Source: the human T2T-CHM13v2.0 reference genome, Homo sapiens
Direction: 5' to 3' (one strand)
Assembly (NCBI RefSeq): GCF_009914755.1
Contig: NC_060932.1
Length of the DNA stretch: 64,000 nt
Part shown: in pieces, positions 1 through 50,785 of the stretch
How positions within the stretch are numbered: the first letter of the stretch is position 1
Layout: every line of letters starts with the position of its first letter
Position numbers and translations under genes: made by a program
Notes under the pieces: model-generated
Seen by the model: only the letters and a program-made list of their open reading frames with translations
Database searches by the model: none
What the model was told of the DNA's origin: nothing

Positions 1-459
1 CAGGCATAAGTGGTCTCCTCCACTCTCCTTCATTGCTTTCACACTTAGGATTGTGGCTCATAGATAATAGTTGTTTCAATAAATGTTTACAGAGTCAAAC
101 TAAATCTCTGTCCTAACACACTGACATTTTCCAAAATCACAAATGTAAGGGAAAAAAAATTGGATTTACAATCAGTTGATCTGCCTGTGACCTTGAGGAA
201 TGGCTGAAGCCCTCTCTCCTGTGTGTCCTTATCTGTGAAATGGAGTTGTGGTGGTATTACCCTCATGGACTATTATGAGCATTCAATGAGCTGGTGTAAC
301 TGACAGCGATTTTACATTCTAAAAGGTCATGGGATGTTTATTATTTTTGTTGACAAACACTTATTGAGTGTTTATTGTATGCCAGGAATTATGTTAGACC
401 CTCGGGGGGTGGGACAGATACAAAGATGAATAGACAAGCTCCTGCCCTCGCAGATCTTA

Positions 460-921
<462 letters not shown>

Positions 922-1457
922 CTAGCAAAATAAAAAAAACTGCAGAATAAGATCATAAAAGCTGCAGTTATAGGCAGGGGATCACATCATTAAAAATCTT
1001 ATATGAAAAGTTAAGAGGATTTGAACTTTTTTCGGTAGGAAACTTATTATGATGTTTTTAAGCAGAAAAGGGATCCATCAAAGAACACATGGGGGTAAAC
1101 TGTGGACAACACACTGATTTAAGGGTAAATGGAAGGTGGGGGTGAGGAGATAGCTAACATTAGATTATTACAATAATCCAGGTGATAAAGCCCTGAATTG
1201 CCTGGAGAGGAAAGCCCAGGGTCAAGGAATAACTACGATGGATGGGGAAGATTAAAGACAGTGGCTGAGTGTCTACCCTGGATGGTTGAGTGAATGGTGG
1301 CGTCTTTAGTGGGAGGAGGATGTTTGAAGGGAACTATGAGTTCCGTTTTAGAGATGATCTCTTTCTCCCTGTCCAAAATCCAAAGAAATGGTATTCTAGT
1401 GTGTAGCTTGTGGTTATCAATATGTATTTAGGAGCATCACCAGCGACCACATAATTA

Positions 1458-1895
<438 letters not shown>

Positions 1896-2699
1896 TTAAA
1901 AATAGGAAAATTCAGACAAGTAGACAGAAACCCAGGAGGGAGGGAGTGATTCACAGAGGCCAAGGGAGGAAGAGTCTAAGAATTCAGGGGACAAATCAAT
2001 AGCACCACGTGCATCAGAGAAAGCGACTGAAGGGTTAAGAACAAGGGAATGGAAAGTGAGGAAGTAACGACATCAAGTGTAGGCTACTTTTTCAAGAAAC
2101 TTTGCTCAAAGGGAAGGAGACAAATCAGGTAAGAACTAGAGGCTTACATAGGATCAACGGAGAGGCTTAGAGGGAAGGGCGTGGAGAAATTGCACAAGAT
2201 TATAGGCTGTGGCTAAAGAACTGGTAGAAAGAGGAGATAATTAAAGGCTCTAGGTCCCTGAGGAAAGAGGAGGGATACGATTAAGAAACCAGGTGAAAAA
2301 AGATTGGCCTAGAGTAAACATGGGTTACCTTATCCTCTGAGACTCACATCGCCGTATACAAGGTATCTCTTATATACAGCAAAAAAGAAGTCTATCAATG
2401 ACATAGAGAGATGTGTAAATACATATATGTAGATAAAATTTCATATAATCTTTTAAAAAAAATTCCTGTTACTGTAAGTTCAGAGTTGGAGGGTTAGAGA
2501 TGTCAAAGGAAAGGTCATCCCAGGCAAATCAGGCCAAGCCAAAATGCAACTGCCAGGCTTGTTGGAACAAAATCTCAAGGTCACAGGCTACTCTTCTCAT
2601 CACCCCTCAAATGCAGTAGGAACCTTAGCCAAGCCCCCTTTCTGAAGATTTCTTCTCCCTGGACTTCTCTACAAGTAAAATAAATGGGTTGGATTAAAA

Positions 2700-3170
2700 T
2701 CATAGGCAATAACCTATCTGTCCATCAACAGGTGAGTGGATAAACAAATTGTTGTATAGCTACACAATGAAACACTACACAGCAATAAAAAGGAATGAAC
2801 TCTTGATAGACTCAACAACATGGATGAATCTCAAAATAATTATTCTGGGTTTTCAAAAAAGCCAGACCCTCCCCCACAAAAAAGGGTACATACTATACAA
2901 TTCCATGCATATAAAATTCTACAAAATGCACACTAATCTAGAGTGGCAAAAGAAGATCAGTGGTCTTTTGAGAATCGAAAAGGGGGTGTACCAAAGAGGG
3001 GTAAGAGGGAGAGATTACAAAGAGGCATGGGGAAATTTGGGGCCATGATGCATGTGTTCATTATACTGATTGTGGTAATGGCTTCACAGGTATTTGCAAG
3101 TCAAAATGTAAATTGTAGACTTTATGAACAGTTTATTACATGTCAATTATATCTCAATAAAGCTGTAAAA
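2700..3170 (+). mobile_element. Old L1 (L1M) 3' end
   Basis: 'tgtccatcaacaggtgagtggataaacaaattg...acatggatgaatctcaaa...ctcaataaagctg'. Confidence 0.75.
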
Positions 3171-4588
3171 ATGTGTAATCACAAAAGGACCTTTAGGTGC
3201 CTTCTAGCTGACTTTCAACTCAATTTTTTTCCTGATGGCTCTTTGATCTCTTTACCCAATGCCTTGAAGAAACATCATTAGCCCCAAGCAAATATGCTTT
3301 TGTTCTTGGAAGGCACCAATCCTGGTTTTTGCAACTGAAAAAAAAAGAAAAGAGGAAAAATTTCTGAGCCCCCTTAATAACTAAGGATACAGTTCACTCC
3401 TCTTCCCATAAGCTCACCAAAATCTTACTGGAATCAAATGTTCTAAAAGATTATTTCTATTCCCTGTTTTAGGGCCTAAAGTGAAAAAGATAAACTTTAA
3501 ATCAAACGGAAACTTTTTCCAGCAACTTCCACTCTTGTGATACTGAACTGAACTGAAGCAGAAGATTTTAAGAGTTGCCTGAATCCTTTGGACCTGCTTA
3601 TTGGCTTAAAAAGTCTAATTGTGAAATTGACTTAAAAATTCCTAATTGTGAAAGAAGGGGTCTCTTCTTTGGCATGGCACTCTCACTAACAATTTTCTTG
3701 GTAAGAGGACCCAACAAACAGCAATAGAAATAGAAAACTATGGATTGCTAGGTGAGAGTATTTTTTAACCTGCTTCAATCTACAACTGCAAAATGAACTG
3801 GCCCAATTTAATTAGAAAAATTTCAGTTTCTGACCACTGATCTACATTACTGAAAGGTTACATGTGAAATAAATGTGGGGTGTGTGTGTGTGTTTGTGTC
3901 TGAAATTGAATCATTTTCTAACTCATTCACTATAAAAAAGAAATAGACGGGATCATTTGAACTCTGCCTTTGCAATTTATCATCTTCGTGATCTTAGACA
4001 ATCTCTTAATTTCTCTAAGCTTCCACTTTCTCCTCTAAAATGGAGTTGAACTCAAAGGGCTGACCTAAAGTTTACATAAAATGAGAAAATGTAAGGTACT
4101 GGGGCTGATACATAGACAGTATTCAATAAAGCTTTATGAAATCTGTATTGTAAATATCCATTGAGGTATAATTTCAGAAGCCTTTATCTCTTCTTCTGAT
4201 AAGCCTTCATTTGGTTATTATTTAATACCATACAACTTAAAGTTTATCATTCTCTCGCCCTGTGTCACATTAATAATCTGCAATGATAACCCACAAACAT
4301 GCAAGAATACATTAAGGGAATTTGCTATTTAAAACAGCAACAGCTAACACTTGGTGAACACTTAAAATGTACCAAATGTTGTATATGCTTTTCACAACAG
4401 TCCTATAAGTTTCATACCATTATTACTTTAATTTTATAGATGAAGAAACTGAGGCAGGGATAGATCATTTTTCCAATGTTACAGAATAAGAGGCAGGCTC
4501 CAGGATTTAAACAAGGCAGCCTGACTGTGAAGTATCTGAGCTAAATCACTACTCTATACTGTGAGGTTTTTTAAAAAATAAAATTTTA

Positions 4589-4857
4589 GCCGGGCGCAGT
4601 GGCTCACGCCTGTAATCCCAGCACTTTGGGAGCCCAAGGCACGTGGATCACTTGAGGTCAGGAGTTCAATACCAGCCTGACCAACGTGGTGAAACCCCAT
4701 CTCTACTAAAAATACAAAAATTAGCCAGTCGTGGTGGCATGCGTCTGTAGCCCCAGCTACTCGGGAGGCTGAGGCAGGAGAATCGCTTGAAGGGAGGCAA
4801 AGGTTGCAGAGCTGAGATCGCGCCACTGCAGTCCAGCCTGGGTGACAGAGCGAGACA
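4589..4857 (+). mobile_element. Alu (AluS)
   Basis: Dimeric Alu; tail replaced by a GGAA repeat. Confidence 0.95.
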
Positions 4858-4916
4858 GGAAGGAAGGAAGGAAGGAAGGAAGGAAGGAAGGAAGGAAGGA
4901 AGGAAGGAAGGAAGGA
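4858..4916 (+). repeat. (GGAA)14 microsatellite
   Basis: 14 perfect GGAA units counted. Confidence 0.95.
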
Positions 4917-6281
4917 GAAAAAGAAATTGTAAACATTTTTGTTAAACAAATCATCACAAATGTATCTGCTGGGTAACATAAAAATCACAGGTCTCTTAAG
5001 AAAGAGATTTTCAGAAGTACTAGATCATCATGTACTAGCACATCACGAAGTCCATCCCCCTGCCTTTAGGCACGTCCACAACTAAATAACTCAGGTCTGG
5101 TAAAATGACTCCTAAGAACAAAATCCCAAAACTTCTACCCACAATTCACTCCAAAGTTTAATGTGAGGAAATTTTTGTGTTTTTATTATTTTTAATTGAC
5201 ACATAATAATATACATATTTGTGGGAAGGGGAGGGGAGACGGGTTGCCAGAGGTTGGTTAAAGGAAATTCTTAAATTACAAGTAATTTAAATACTTGATG
5301 CTGCAGGCTAGCCCCCATTTCATGGGTTGATGAACCCTAATATTTCCATTTTTCTTACTCAATTATTAAATAAACTATTAAATAAGCATGCCCAGCTGAG
5401 GTTATATCACTGAACAGGGAGAGAAAAAACTCAAGTTCTGATAGGATTGATCGAGAGATTGGCCAGCTGTGTCTGTTTGGGGTGGGGGATGCAGGGACAG
5501 AGTAGGGAGATGAAAGGCCTTCATTTATGGAGATGGGCACAGAGCTCCCAGACAGCACCATGTAACCCTCGTATGGGTTTCACCATGTAATGCTGAAACA
5601 TCCCAACACCCAGAGCAAACGCAGGAAAGGTAAACGGGCCAATCCCAAGCAGGCATGCCTGGAAAAAACCACACTTCCCTTTTCCTGAGTCTTAAATCTG
5701 TCTAACACCACCAGCTTGCCATCTTCCCGGTGTAAAAGTTTTTCTTTTACTGAAGGCTATAATTAAGTGGACTCTTTCTCTCCTGCAAACAAAATATTAA
5801 TAACCTCAGTGGCTGAATTAGAAATGCCCCAATGTGATGCTGGTGAATAGGGCAGGTGGAGGACAACGTGAGGCCCTTAGACTAGGAGACACAAACTCTG
5901 GATTCCGGGCCTGGTCCCACGTTGCCTTCAGTCTGTTTTTACTGGGCACCTAAGCCCCGGGGGTGCGGAAGGAAAGTCAGTCTCTGCTCTCCCGGGAACG
6001 TACAGTTTATCTAGAAAGACGAAGTGCACTAGCCCCTGTGCACTGTGGCAGGAGTTTAAAAAGCAGTGAACTCAAGATATTAAGGAAACACAAAGGAAAC
6101 TTTCCTTGGCTTTTACCCTTGAACCTCGCTGAACTTCTTAGATTCCGTTCATTAAAATTAGAATAATAATTCCTTGTTAATATACTTTGTGGCGTTGCAG
6201 GATCCCAAGGGCCAAAGCTCCCAGAAAAATATAAAGAACAACTCAAGGTAGGGATTTTTGATTGGTGAGGTAATGATGCTA

Positions 6282-7570
<1,289 letters not shown>

Positions 7571-8321
7571 GGTGCCTGAACGCGGTTGGACCTAGGAGCC
7601 TAGAGGCTCGCAGTTTGGGACATTGCCTTTCTCTCTGACCACGGGCTTGGGGATCTGTCAGGTGCAAAGTGCCAAAGTATATGGGGGGGAGTGTGGCTTC
7701 AGGCTTGTTCAGAGCCCTGTCCTGTTTAGGGCCAAAGGAATAACTGGGAAGGTGGATGCGAGGCCAACGAATCCTACCTTGAAACTCTGCTCGCCTGCTG
7801 GCTCTGCCACTCCAGCATCTGAAAGGAGTAAATAATGGTTTCCTTTGAAACTGCAGGCAATTAGGAGTGGGAGACTCTGACCAGAATTACATAGCCACAA
7901 CTGCCTGTCATTTGGCATCCTCTGTAATTTGGGCCAAAGTACTGCAGCTGCCTCTCTTCCCTACTACTGGTAGGAAAGGTTCAGTGACAGCACATTCGTG
8001 TTCACAGGAAGACAAGGCTGTGTTCTGAACCCTACCCAGCTGGCACGGGTTCTCCCTTGAGCAACGGCTGTATCCGGAGCCAGTGCTTCCTCAGTGCGGT
8101 GGGGGCTCTAATTTTACAGTTAAAGAAAGGGGAACGTTGACTGAGAACGAGGAGGAAGCGAGTTGTAGATCTAGCCTTGTGTTCACACGACACCAGGCTG
8201 GATATGAGTCACTCGCAGGGAGCTCAGCTTGGTGAGGTCCTCTCGCTGTTGTGGCCTTTTCTCCTGCACGTTGGACCACACACATTTTCCCGTGTCTTTT
8301 CCCTAGGATAAAGGCTCACTG

Positions 8322-24512
<16,191 letters not shown>

Positions 24513-26254
24513 AAAAAACTTGATATGACTGCAAATGATACTTAAGCAGATCTTTATTTTTTAAGATGAATCAGAATGTTCCTCCCTCCCCGACTACCTT
24601 CTCTGACTGTCTTCCAGTTACTGTGGTGAAAAAGAAGAAATGAACTTAAATCCACTCCCTTTCTAGGGAAAGGAGGGTGGGGACTGATGATGGGGGGTTT
24701 TATTTCAGGTAAGCAGTTTATATGACTTCCAATAAGATTTGTAAATCATGGGCTTGACCTTTGACCTCTAGACACTAATTTTATCCTTTGAGGCTGGCTT
24801 AATTAGGGATGCTGTCATTAAGGAGAGGGAGAAATGTAGAGTGTTACCTCCAACTCATTTGATTTCCCTTACTTGGGAAAATGCAGTCCAGTGTTCTCAC
24901 CTCTGCCTCCAAGGTAGGAGATGTCTGTGGGTGAGGCTCAGCAACTGAGCAAATATGTGCCTGTGAGTTTGCCAGTAGAGCTGTGAAGAAACAGCTGCAG
25001 AGAACATTTGACCTTCCTGGCATTCTTGTCTGCATGTGTGTGAGTTATTTTAGAGGTGTGCTTTCTTGAGCCCTCATAAGGAAGTACTGGTGCTAGGTTT
25101 TGCAAGATTTTGTATACACTTTGCTCCTTGCCCTAGGGCTCAGAGTGGTGGTTTCTGACTACATTTCTAGAGTCAGAGCTTGATCACCACAACTCAATTA
25201 TTTCGGCATCTTTTCACCTATGCTGTGATTTGTTTTTTTTTTTTCTTCTCAAAAATTCTGTTCATTGGTTCCACTCAGCATCAAGAAGACAGGGACAAAC
25301 AACTCAAGTGTCTTAACAGCTGCTGGAGTGGGATCCTTGTTATCTCTTAGCCACTGCAGGACCTGCCTGACAGGTTATGTGTGCACCTCGAGATGAAGTG
25401 TCTTTCTATTATTGTAGAGATTCTGTAGTGAAGAGGTCTGACACCATGTGTGGAGGAGGAGGAACGATCAGTCAAGAGATGTCCTGGTCTTAATGCCTGT
25501 GGCTTGTGCTGGGAGTGGGTCTGACTTAGTGATAAAAGGACTCTATTCACTAAGTAGCCTGTGTTTTTAAATCCAGGGCTGCAGGCAGCAACGCAAGTCA
25601 GGCTGAACATTCAGTCTCCAGAGACAGCTGTGTGGAGCAAATCAGAGTTCATGCCCAAGTCCCCAGGTTGGAATGGCTGTGCCAAAATCCATTCAAAGGG
25701 TTTTCTTTTTCATTACTAGGTCAGAACATTTTGAGTCACCTTGGGAGATTCAGGATGGGGAGAGCAAATTTGAACAAAAGGTTTTTCTTATATCCTGAGA
25801 TTGAGGGGTAGGGGGTGTCCAACCTGTATAGCCCATGGGTTGTGTCTAGAATTAAGTGGAGGGCAGCTATCTGGAGTTAACTTGCAAGCATATTGGTGCC
25901 CTCCATGACCACCTCTGGCTTAGGACTTGGCCCTGTTATGAGCTGACCCCCACCCCCCACCCCCCACCCCCCCCCCCGCCAACTCCTATACCCATCTTCC
26001 CTAGGTGAATCTGTGAATGGTCCTTTCTGGCAGCAATCCCTGCCTTCTTTTTGGGCCCATGCCCAGACTTCTGGTTTAAGGAATGGTCCCAGAGCTTGGG
26101 CCAGCTTGCTCAGAAGTTTTGGGAGCATTGAGCCTGCCTAGAAAGATACAGTGTTAGCTCCCCTTACTTCAAAGTTGCCCTTCTCTGTTCTGACTCCTGG
26201 GACTTCTGGTCCTGGGCACACTTTTTGCAGGCAACAAAATGTGCCTGGGAGTGA

Positions 26255-26640
<386 letters not shown>

Positions 26641-28379
26641 TCATCTTCCTCCCATTTCCGTGCTATTAATCACTTGTTAGAGCAACATGACATGCCCAGC
26701 ATCCCACTTCCCGAAAATGTCTACTCCTTCTACTCTGAGCTCTTGTTGCCTAGACCTCAGAAAACACCAATTCACCACAGTAGAACCGGGAGCAGGGATA
26801 GCTCAGCTTCTCTGAATAGCACACTTTGCTCAGGTCTTAACTTGAGGGCCTCTCCGGTACTAACATCCTGCGATAGCTTGTCCCATGAGCACAGAAGAGC
26901 CTCAGTAGAGTCAAGTCCTGCTGCAGCTGCCCCACCCCAAGTTTCTATCATTTCCTCTTTAAACAAAAAATATGTTATCCTACACATTAGTGTCAATCCA
27001 ATGGTTGTCTCTTATCTGTCTAAATAGCAAAATCATGAAAATCAGCTGTTTTATTTGCATAGGACAACTAACCTGTCTGTGTAACTTTGTTTTTATTTTA
27101 ACTCTTACTAGAAAATCTAATCTTAAAACATTTGAATTCTAAACATGTAAAATGTGACAGCCTGCAATTTTGTAGACAGTGAAGTAATGGCTGCTATTTA
27201 TAAATGGAACATCTATCAAAATAAGTAACTGTTTATAAAATTCAGTTTTTGTAGGGTTTTCCAAGGAAAAATCACCTTGGTTGAATGTTTCTCACTCATT
27301 AAACTTTGCAGAAGTGATTCATATTCAGTACTGTTTTTAATCACTTTTTAAAATATAAGGACCGAATGCAAGGAAACCAAAGTTTATTAATAATTTTTAT
27401 ATAACTAAAATAAAATAGATGTGGAGGGATCTGTGATCATATAAAAAGGGAGGGTTACTGAAAGAATTTTAGCAATATATTGATTCAGGAAAAGGAGCTG
27501 TTTTATAAATGATCATTCACTGTTCCTATGGTTCTATGTATCTTTCAAACCGATACCTTTACTATTTAAAGAGCGTAAATAGTGAAAGTAAGATGGTCAT
27601 ACTTACTGACTTTATCTATTTAAGTTTGATGGAGATAAACTATATCTTGGCTAGTGGCTACTGTGTCTGTGAATGTAACCAGTACTTCTTTAAGCTCTAT
27701 TCAGTAGGGTTCCAGCCACTGCTTTTTTGTTGTTTCTAGCCACTGTTTTTTTTTTCTTGTTTCCTTATAAAACAGGTAATAACCAATCATTTTGTGTTTG
27801 TATTTCCATTCCTTTTTATTTCTGCCTTTGTGTAGACTGATGATTAAGTAGGCAAACTACTTCTACTTTCAAAGAGCCCCAAGGGCTTAATGACCCCATT
27901 TGTAACTGAGAAATGATTCTTGTTTTAGTAATCATTCTATAAATGATACTGCTGGATTGATTGCCGTGGGTTGATAGCTGGAGGAATTGTTTTGGACAAT
28001 ACTAACATGTGAATTTATGTCTTAGTTTTATTTGCAGTCTTGCTAAGTAAAATGAGTCTTTGTATCTACTTTTTTATTAAAGTGAAATTTAGCAATAGTT
28101 AATATTAGGTGACATAAATAAAACATCCCAGACTAGTGAGTTAAGTACAAGATCTCTCTAAAAATAAACAGATGAAAATCTATCCCCATTATCGATACAG
28201 AATTTGTGAACGTGGCATAATTCTTGGTAGGTGCTATAGAGATTTATCATTTTAAACAGTTCACACACCACTGCAATTCTGCTCCAAAGGACAAAGATAT
28301 TTTCAAGTGAACCAAAATTCATTTTGATATCAGTTCAGTGGACGAACTCCCAGTCTTTACTCTGGAAAGCTGCCCAGCT

Positions 28380-28568
28380 TAGGGTTGCCAGATAAAACAT
28401 AAGATACCTAGTTAAATATGAATTTCAACAATGTACAATTTTTAGTCTAAGTACTATGTGTCCTAAACACTGCATGAGACATACTCATACCAAAGTATTT
28501 GTTGCTTATGTGTAATTCATATTTAACTGGGTATCCTGTATTTTTACTTGTTAAGTCCGGCAACCCTA
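28380..28568. mobile_element. MER53 hAT-type palindromic MITE
   Basis: TIRs TAGGGTTGCC...GGCAACCCTA with internal inverted symmetry. Confidence 0.8.
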
Positions 28569-29096
28569 GCCCAGGCTTTCTCAGGTTTTTTTTAACAGGG
28601 ATCCCAAGCTTTTTCTATTGGTTTGAGAGCCTGCTACACAAATAATATGATCTTAACAATTGAATAGTTATGTTAAGAGTGTAGTTACTGCAGTTAGACT
28701 GCCAAAGTTCAAATCACTGCTCTACTACTTCTTAGGTGTGTGGTCTTGAATAAGTTTTTTGACCTCTCTAAGCCTCAGTTTCTTCATTAATAAAATGAGT
28801 TGCATGGCTTATATGAAATAATGCATACGAAGGGCTTTCACACTGTACCTTGCATGTATGTATTCAAAAACTTCAATCTGGAGAAACGGGCTAAAAAACA
28901 TACAGCTATTAAATGGGAGCCACTAAGTAGAAAGCCAAACACGTGAAAAAAAATGGAATAAGATTACAAATGGGATAGCACATAGAAGAAGGGAATGACA
29001 TTGCAATGCAGCAAACACAGTATTGAGGATACATACCTCTACAAAAATGTTGTGTAGAAAATAACCTGGTTTAAAGAAAGAAAAGAAAAGAAAAGA

Positions 29097-32190
<3,094 letters not shown>

Positions 32191-32219
32191 TCATGCTGCC
32201 TGTGTCCCCTGATGAGACA

Positions 32220-32492
32220 GCACTGGCCGCAGGTGGCCGCTAACCTCTCGAAATAGGGATGGCCCGAATTGAGACATATGCAAGTCAACACTACACCGGG
32301 TTTCAGAAACACATACGATTTTCAAAAGAATTAAAATATCGCATTTAGTTTTTCTATTGATTGCATGTTGAAATCTTACTTTGGATATATTGGATTAAAT
32401 AAAGTATATCATTAAAATTTTTAAGCTTATGTGCCTATGAGAAACTTCCAAATTACACAGTTGGATGGCGTTATATTTCTCTTGGACAGCAG
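32220..32492 (-). mobile_element. MER33-like hAT-Charlie element
   Basis: 'ttggatatattggattaaataaa...attaaaatt...tatatttctcttggacagcag'. Confidence 0.65.
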
Positions 32493-32569
32493 TGGTCTGA
32501 AAGATGACAAAAATCACGATACGTTTGAATCACGCCATGTCTTTAGGGAAAAGAAGAAAGAAGAGTTTC

Positions 32570-48500
<15,931 letters not shown>

Positions 48501-49071
48501 GCCAGGGAATACTGAGAGCACTAACTATGCACTAACCTAGATTTTCATTTCGATATTCCCTGTGTCCCAGCGCAGTCCTGCTCTCCTGTGACCTGTGGAG
48601 AGCACTAATGATCACGTGTGTTGATGGAAACCATCTGTGCTTAGTCTCTGACATAGGAAGCTTGCTTCAGGCAATGGCTTTGGATTGAGTTTGAGAAATT
48701 CAAACATTTCTGCAGAACAGATACCAAATCAATAGCTAGGAATCATGTTCAATATTGAATTCTGCCCAGGAGCATGAACTGATCCATGAATGCCTTTTCC
48801 AGGTTAAAATTTGGTCACTGATGCCTATAATCGTGGAAGTCAGAGGGATTCCCCTTTTTCATCTCATTTTAATAGGAAAATTCCTTATGGTTAACATCTC
48901 CCTACAAACTCCTACTACGTCGTCTAAATTGCTGCTCTGGAATAAGGTGATTTCTGCCCCCAGATTCTTCCCTAGCCGGTAGATACGTGAAGATATTCCC
49001 AACTGTGGAATGGCAGTGTAGGTAGCTTCAGGAAATGGCTCAGGTTAATTCTCAAAACACAAATTGTTGCT

Positions 49072-49329
49072 GGCCAGGCATGGTGACTCATGCCTGTAAT
49101 CCCAGCAATTTGGGAGACAGAGGCGGAAGGATCACCTGAGCCTAGGAGTTCAAGACCAGCCTCAGCAACAGCAGGAGCCCCACCCCCCGTCTCTACAAAA
49201 AAATTTAAAAATTAACTGGGCATGGTGGCTGAGGTGGAAGAATGGAAGAATCACTTGAGCCCAGGAGTTTGAGGCTGCAGTGAGCTATGATTGCACCACT
49301 GTACTCCTGCCTTAAAAAAAAAAAAAAAA
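49072..49329 (+). mobile_element. AluJ-like element in PLPBP 3' UTR
   Basis: Diverged Alu with internal deletion and A-tail. Confidence 0.85.
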
Positions 49330-50093
49330 TCCCAATAGTCCATGAAGGCTTTGATCTCTTGGGAAGTTCTTCATAGATGCTGTCACATTTCTTAAAGCAA
49401 CCTTTTAATATGCAGATAATACCCCCCAACTTTTTTAGAGACAGCCTGTCTCTTAAAAAAAAAATTAATTTGGTAGTGAGAGCTTGTGTCACTGCCACTC
49501 TGTTTTATCCCTGAAATTAAAGGATAACATAAGGAGGACTTGGGCCTTTCTGACATCATCCTGAAGAGACAGGACTTTGCGTTTTTCCTCTGGGACCTAC
49601 AGTGATGAGAATTTAATGATTATCTCCTCCACTATAATCCTCTTTAGGGTGATTTTTTAAATCAAAACCCAGTGAATCTCATTACTCCTAAGAAACGAAA
49701 GATTCCTTCAAAGCCTTTTCAGGCACATGGTTTCAACAAAGCCTGGCTTTGACATTCCTTGTCCTGAGGAGCACTTTCCAGGCATAGTTACAGCTTCCCC
49801 ACTGTATTTACAAGCCAGAATTGTGCAACTCTTCTGGATCATTAATAAAGTAGCAAGATCCTCAAAAAACCCAAAAACACCATTCTCTAATAGTCATGAC
49901 AAATGGCTTCAGTATGGCTTGTTTTTTATTTTCCAGATGGCTTTTTCTCTTATTTTTTGAAGCCCCAGTCTTTGATTTTACAGGTAACTTTCAAAACATC
50001 ATGATGCTGCCAAATGTACTTTTGTAAACTTAAACATTATGATTCCTGTATTATTTCAGTGAGAGCTACAGTGTGATATTTCAGAGTCTATTA

Positions 50094-50147
50094 AATAAAA
50101 ATGTGAGTTTGAATTACACCATCTGTGCCAATTACAAAGCAATTAAA
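50094..50147 (+). terminator. PLPBP: PLPBP poly(A) signals
   Basis: AATAAA 50094-50099 and ATTAAA 50142-50147 followed by U/GU-rich sequence; proximal AATAAA at 49844. Confidence 0.75.
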
Positions 50148-50395
50148 AGATTTATTTTTTATGATCTGGTGTAGTGACTGAATATAACAGGTGGGGGCAT
50201 TGGAACCGACGGGAAGCAGCTATGCTGGTGCCTTGGCATTGTGCCAGCCTGGCTTTGGAGGAGGGCTTCCCTGGGGTCACAGACGCAGCCAAAGCTACAC
50301 CATGGGTGAGAGGGATTCTGAACTTCTAAGGGCAAGAAAAAGGACATTTCAAGAATTACAAAAATAGTTACCCCTCACTGCAAGAGACTTTTGAA

Positions 50396-50414
50396 TTGCC
50401 TCTAGATGGCGACA
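50396..50414 (+). promoter_or_regulatory. CTCF-like motif
   Basis: TTGCCTCTAGATGGCGACA compared with the CTCF core TGGCCACCAGGGGGCGCTA. Confidence 0.6.
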
Positions 50415-50549
50415 TTGGCTAACCTGAGGGACAAGCACTGGCTCTCCACTGTCAGTAGTTTACCTTATGAGGGACTCCTGGTTACTCAGTCTGGTGGAGG
50501 CCAGAGAGGACATGACGCTCTCAAGTGATAGTGTGACTTGCAGAGCCTC

Positions 50550-50785
50550 AGGGGTTCGATACCAGCTAGCCTGGGCAACACGGTGAAATCTTGTCTGTAC
50601 CAAAAATACCCCGCCCAAAAATTAGCTGGGCATGGTGGCACATGCCTGTGGACCCAGCTACTCCAGAGGCTGAGGTGGGAGGATCGCTTGAGCCTGGGAG
50701 GAAGAAGTCACGGTGAGCTGAGATCGCACCACTGCACTGCAGCTTGGGTGACAAGGTGAGACCCCATCTCAAAACAAAACAAAAA
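50550..50785 (+). mobile_element. 5'-truncated AluJ-like element
   Basis: Alu consensus. Confidence 0.85.
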
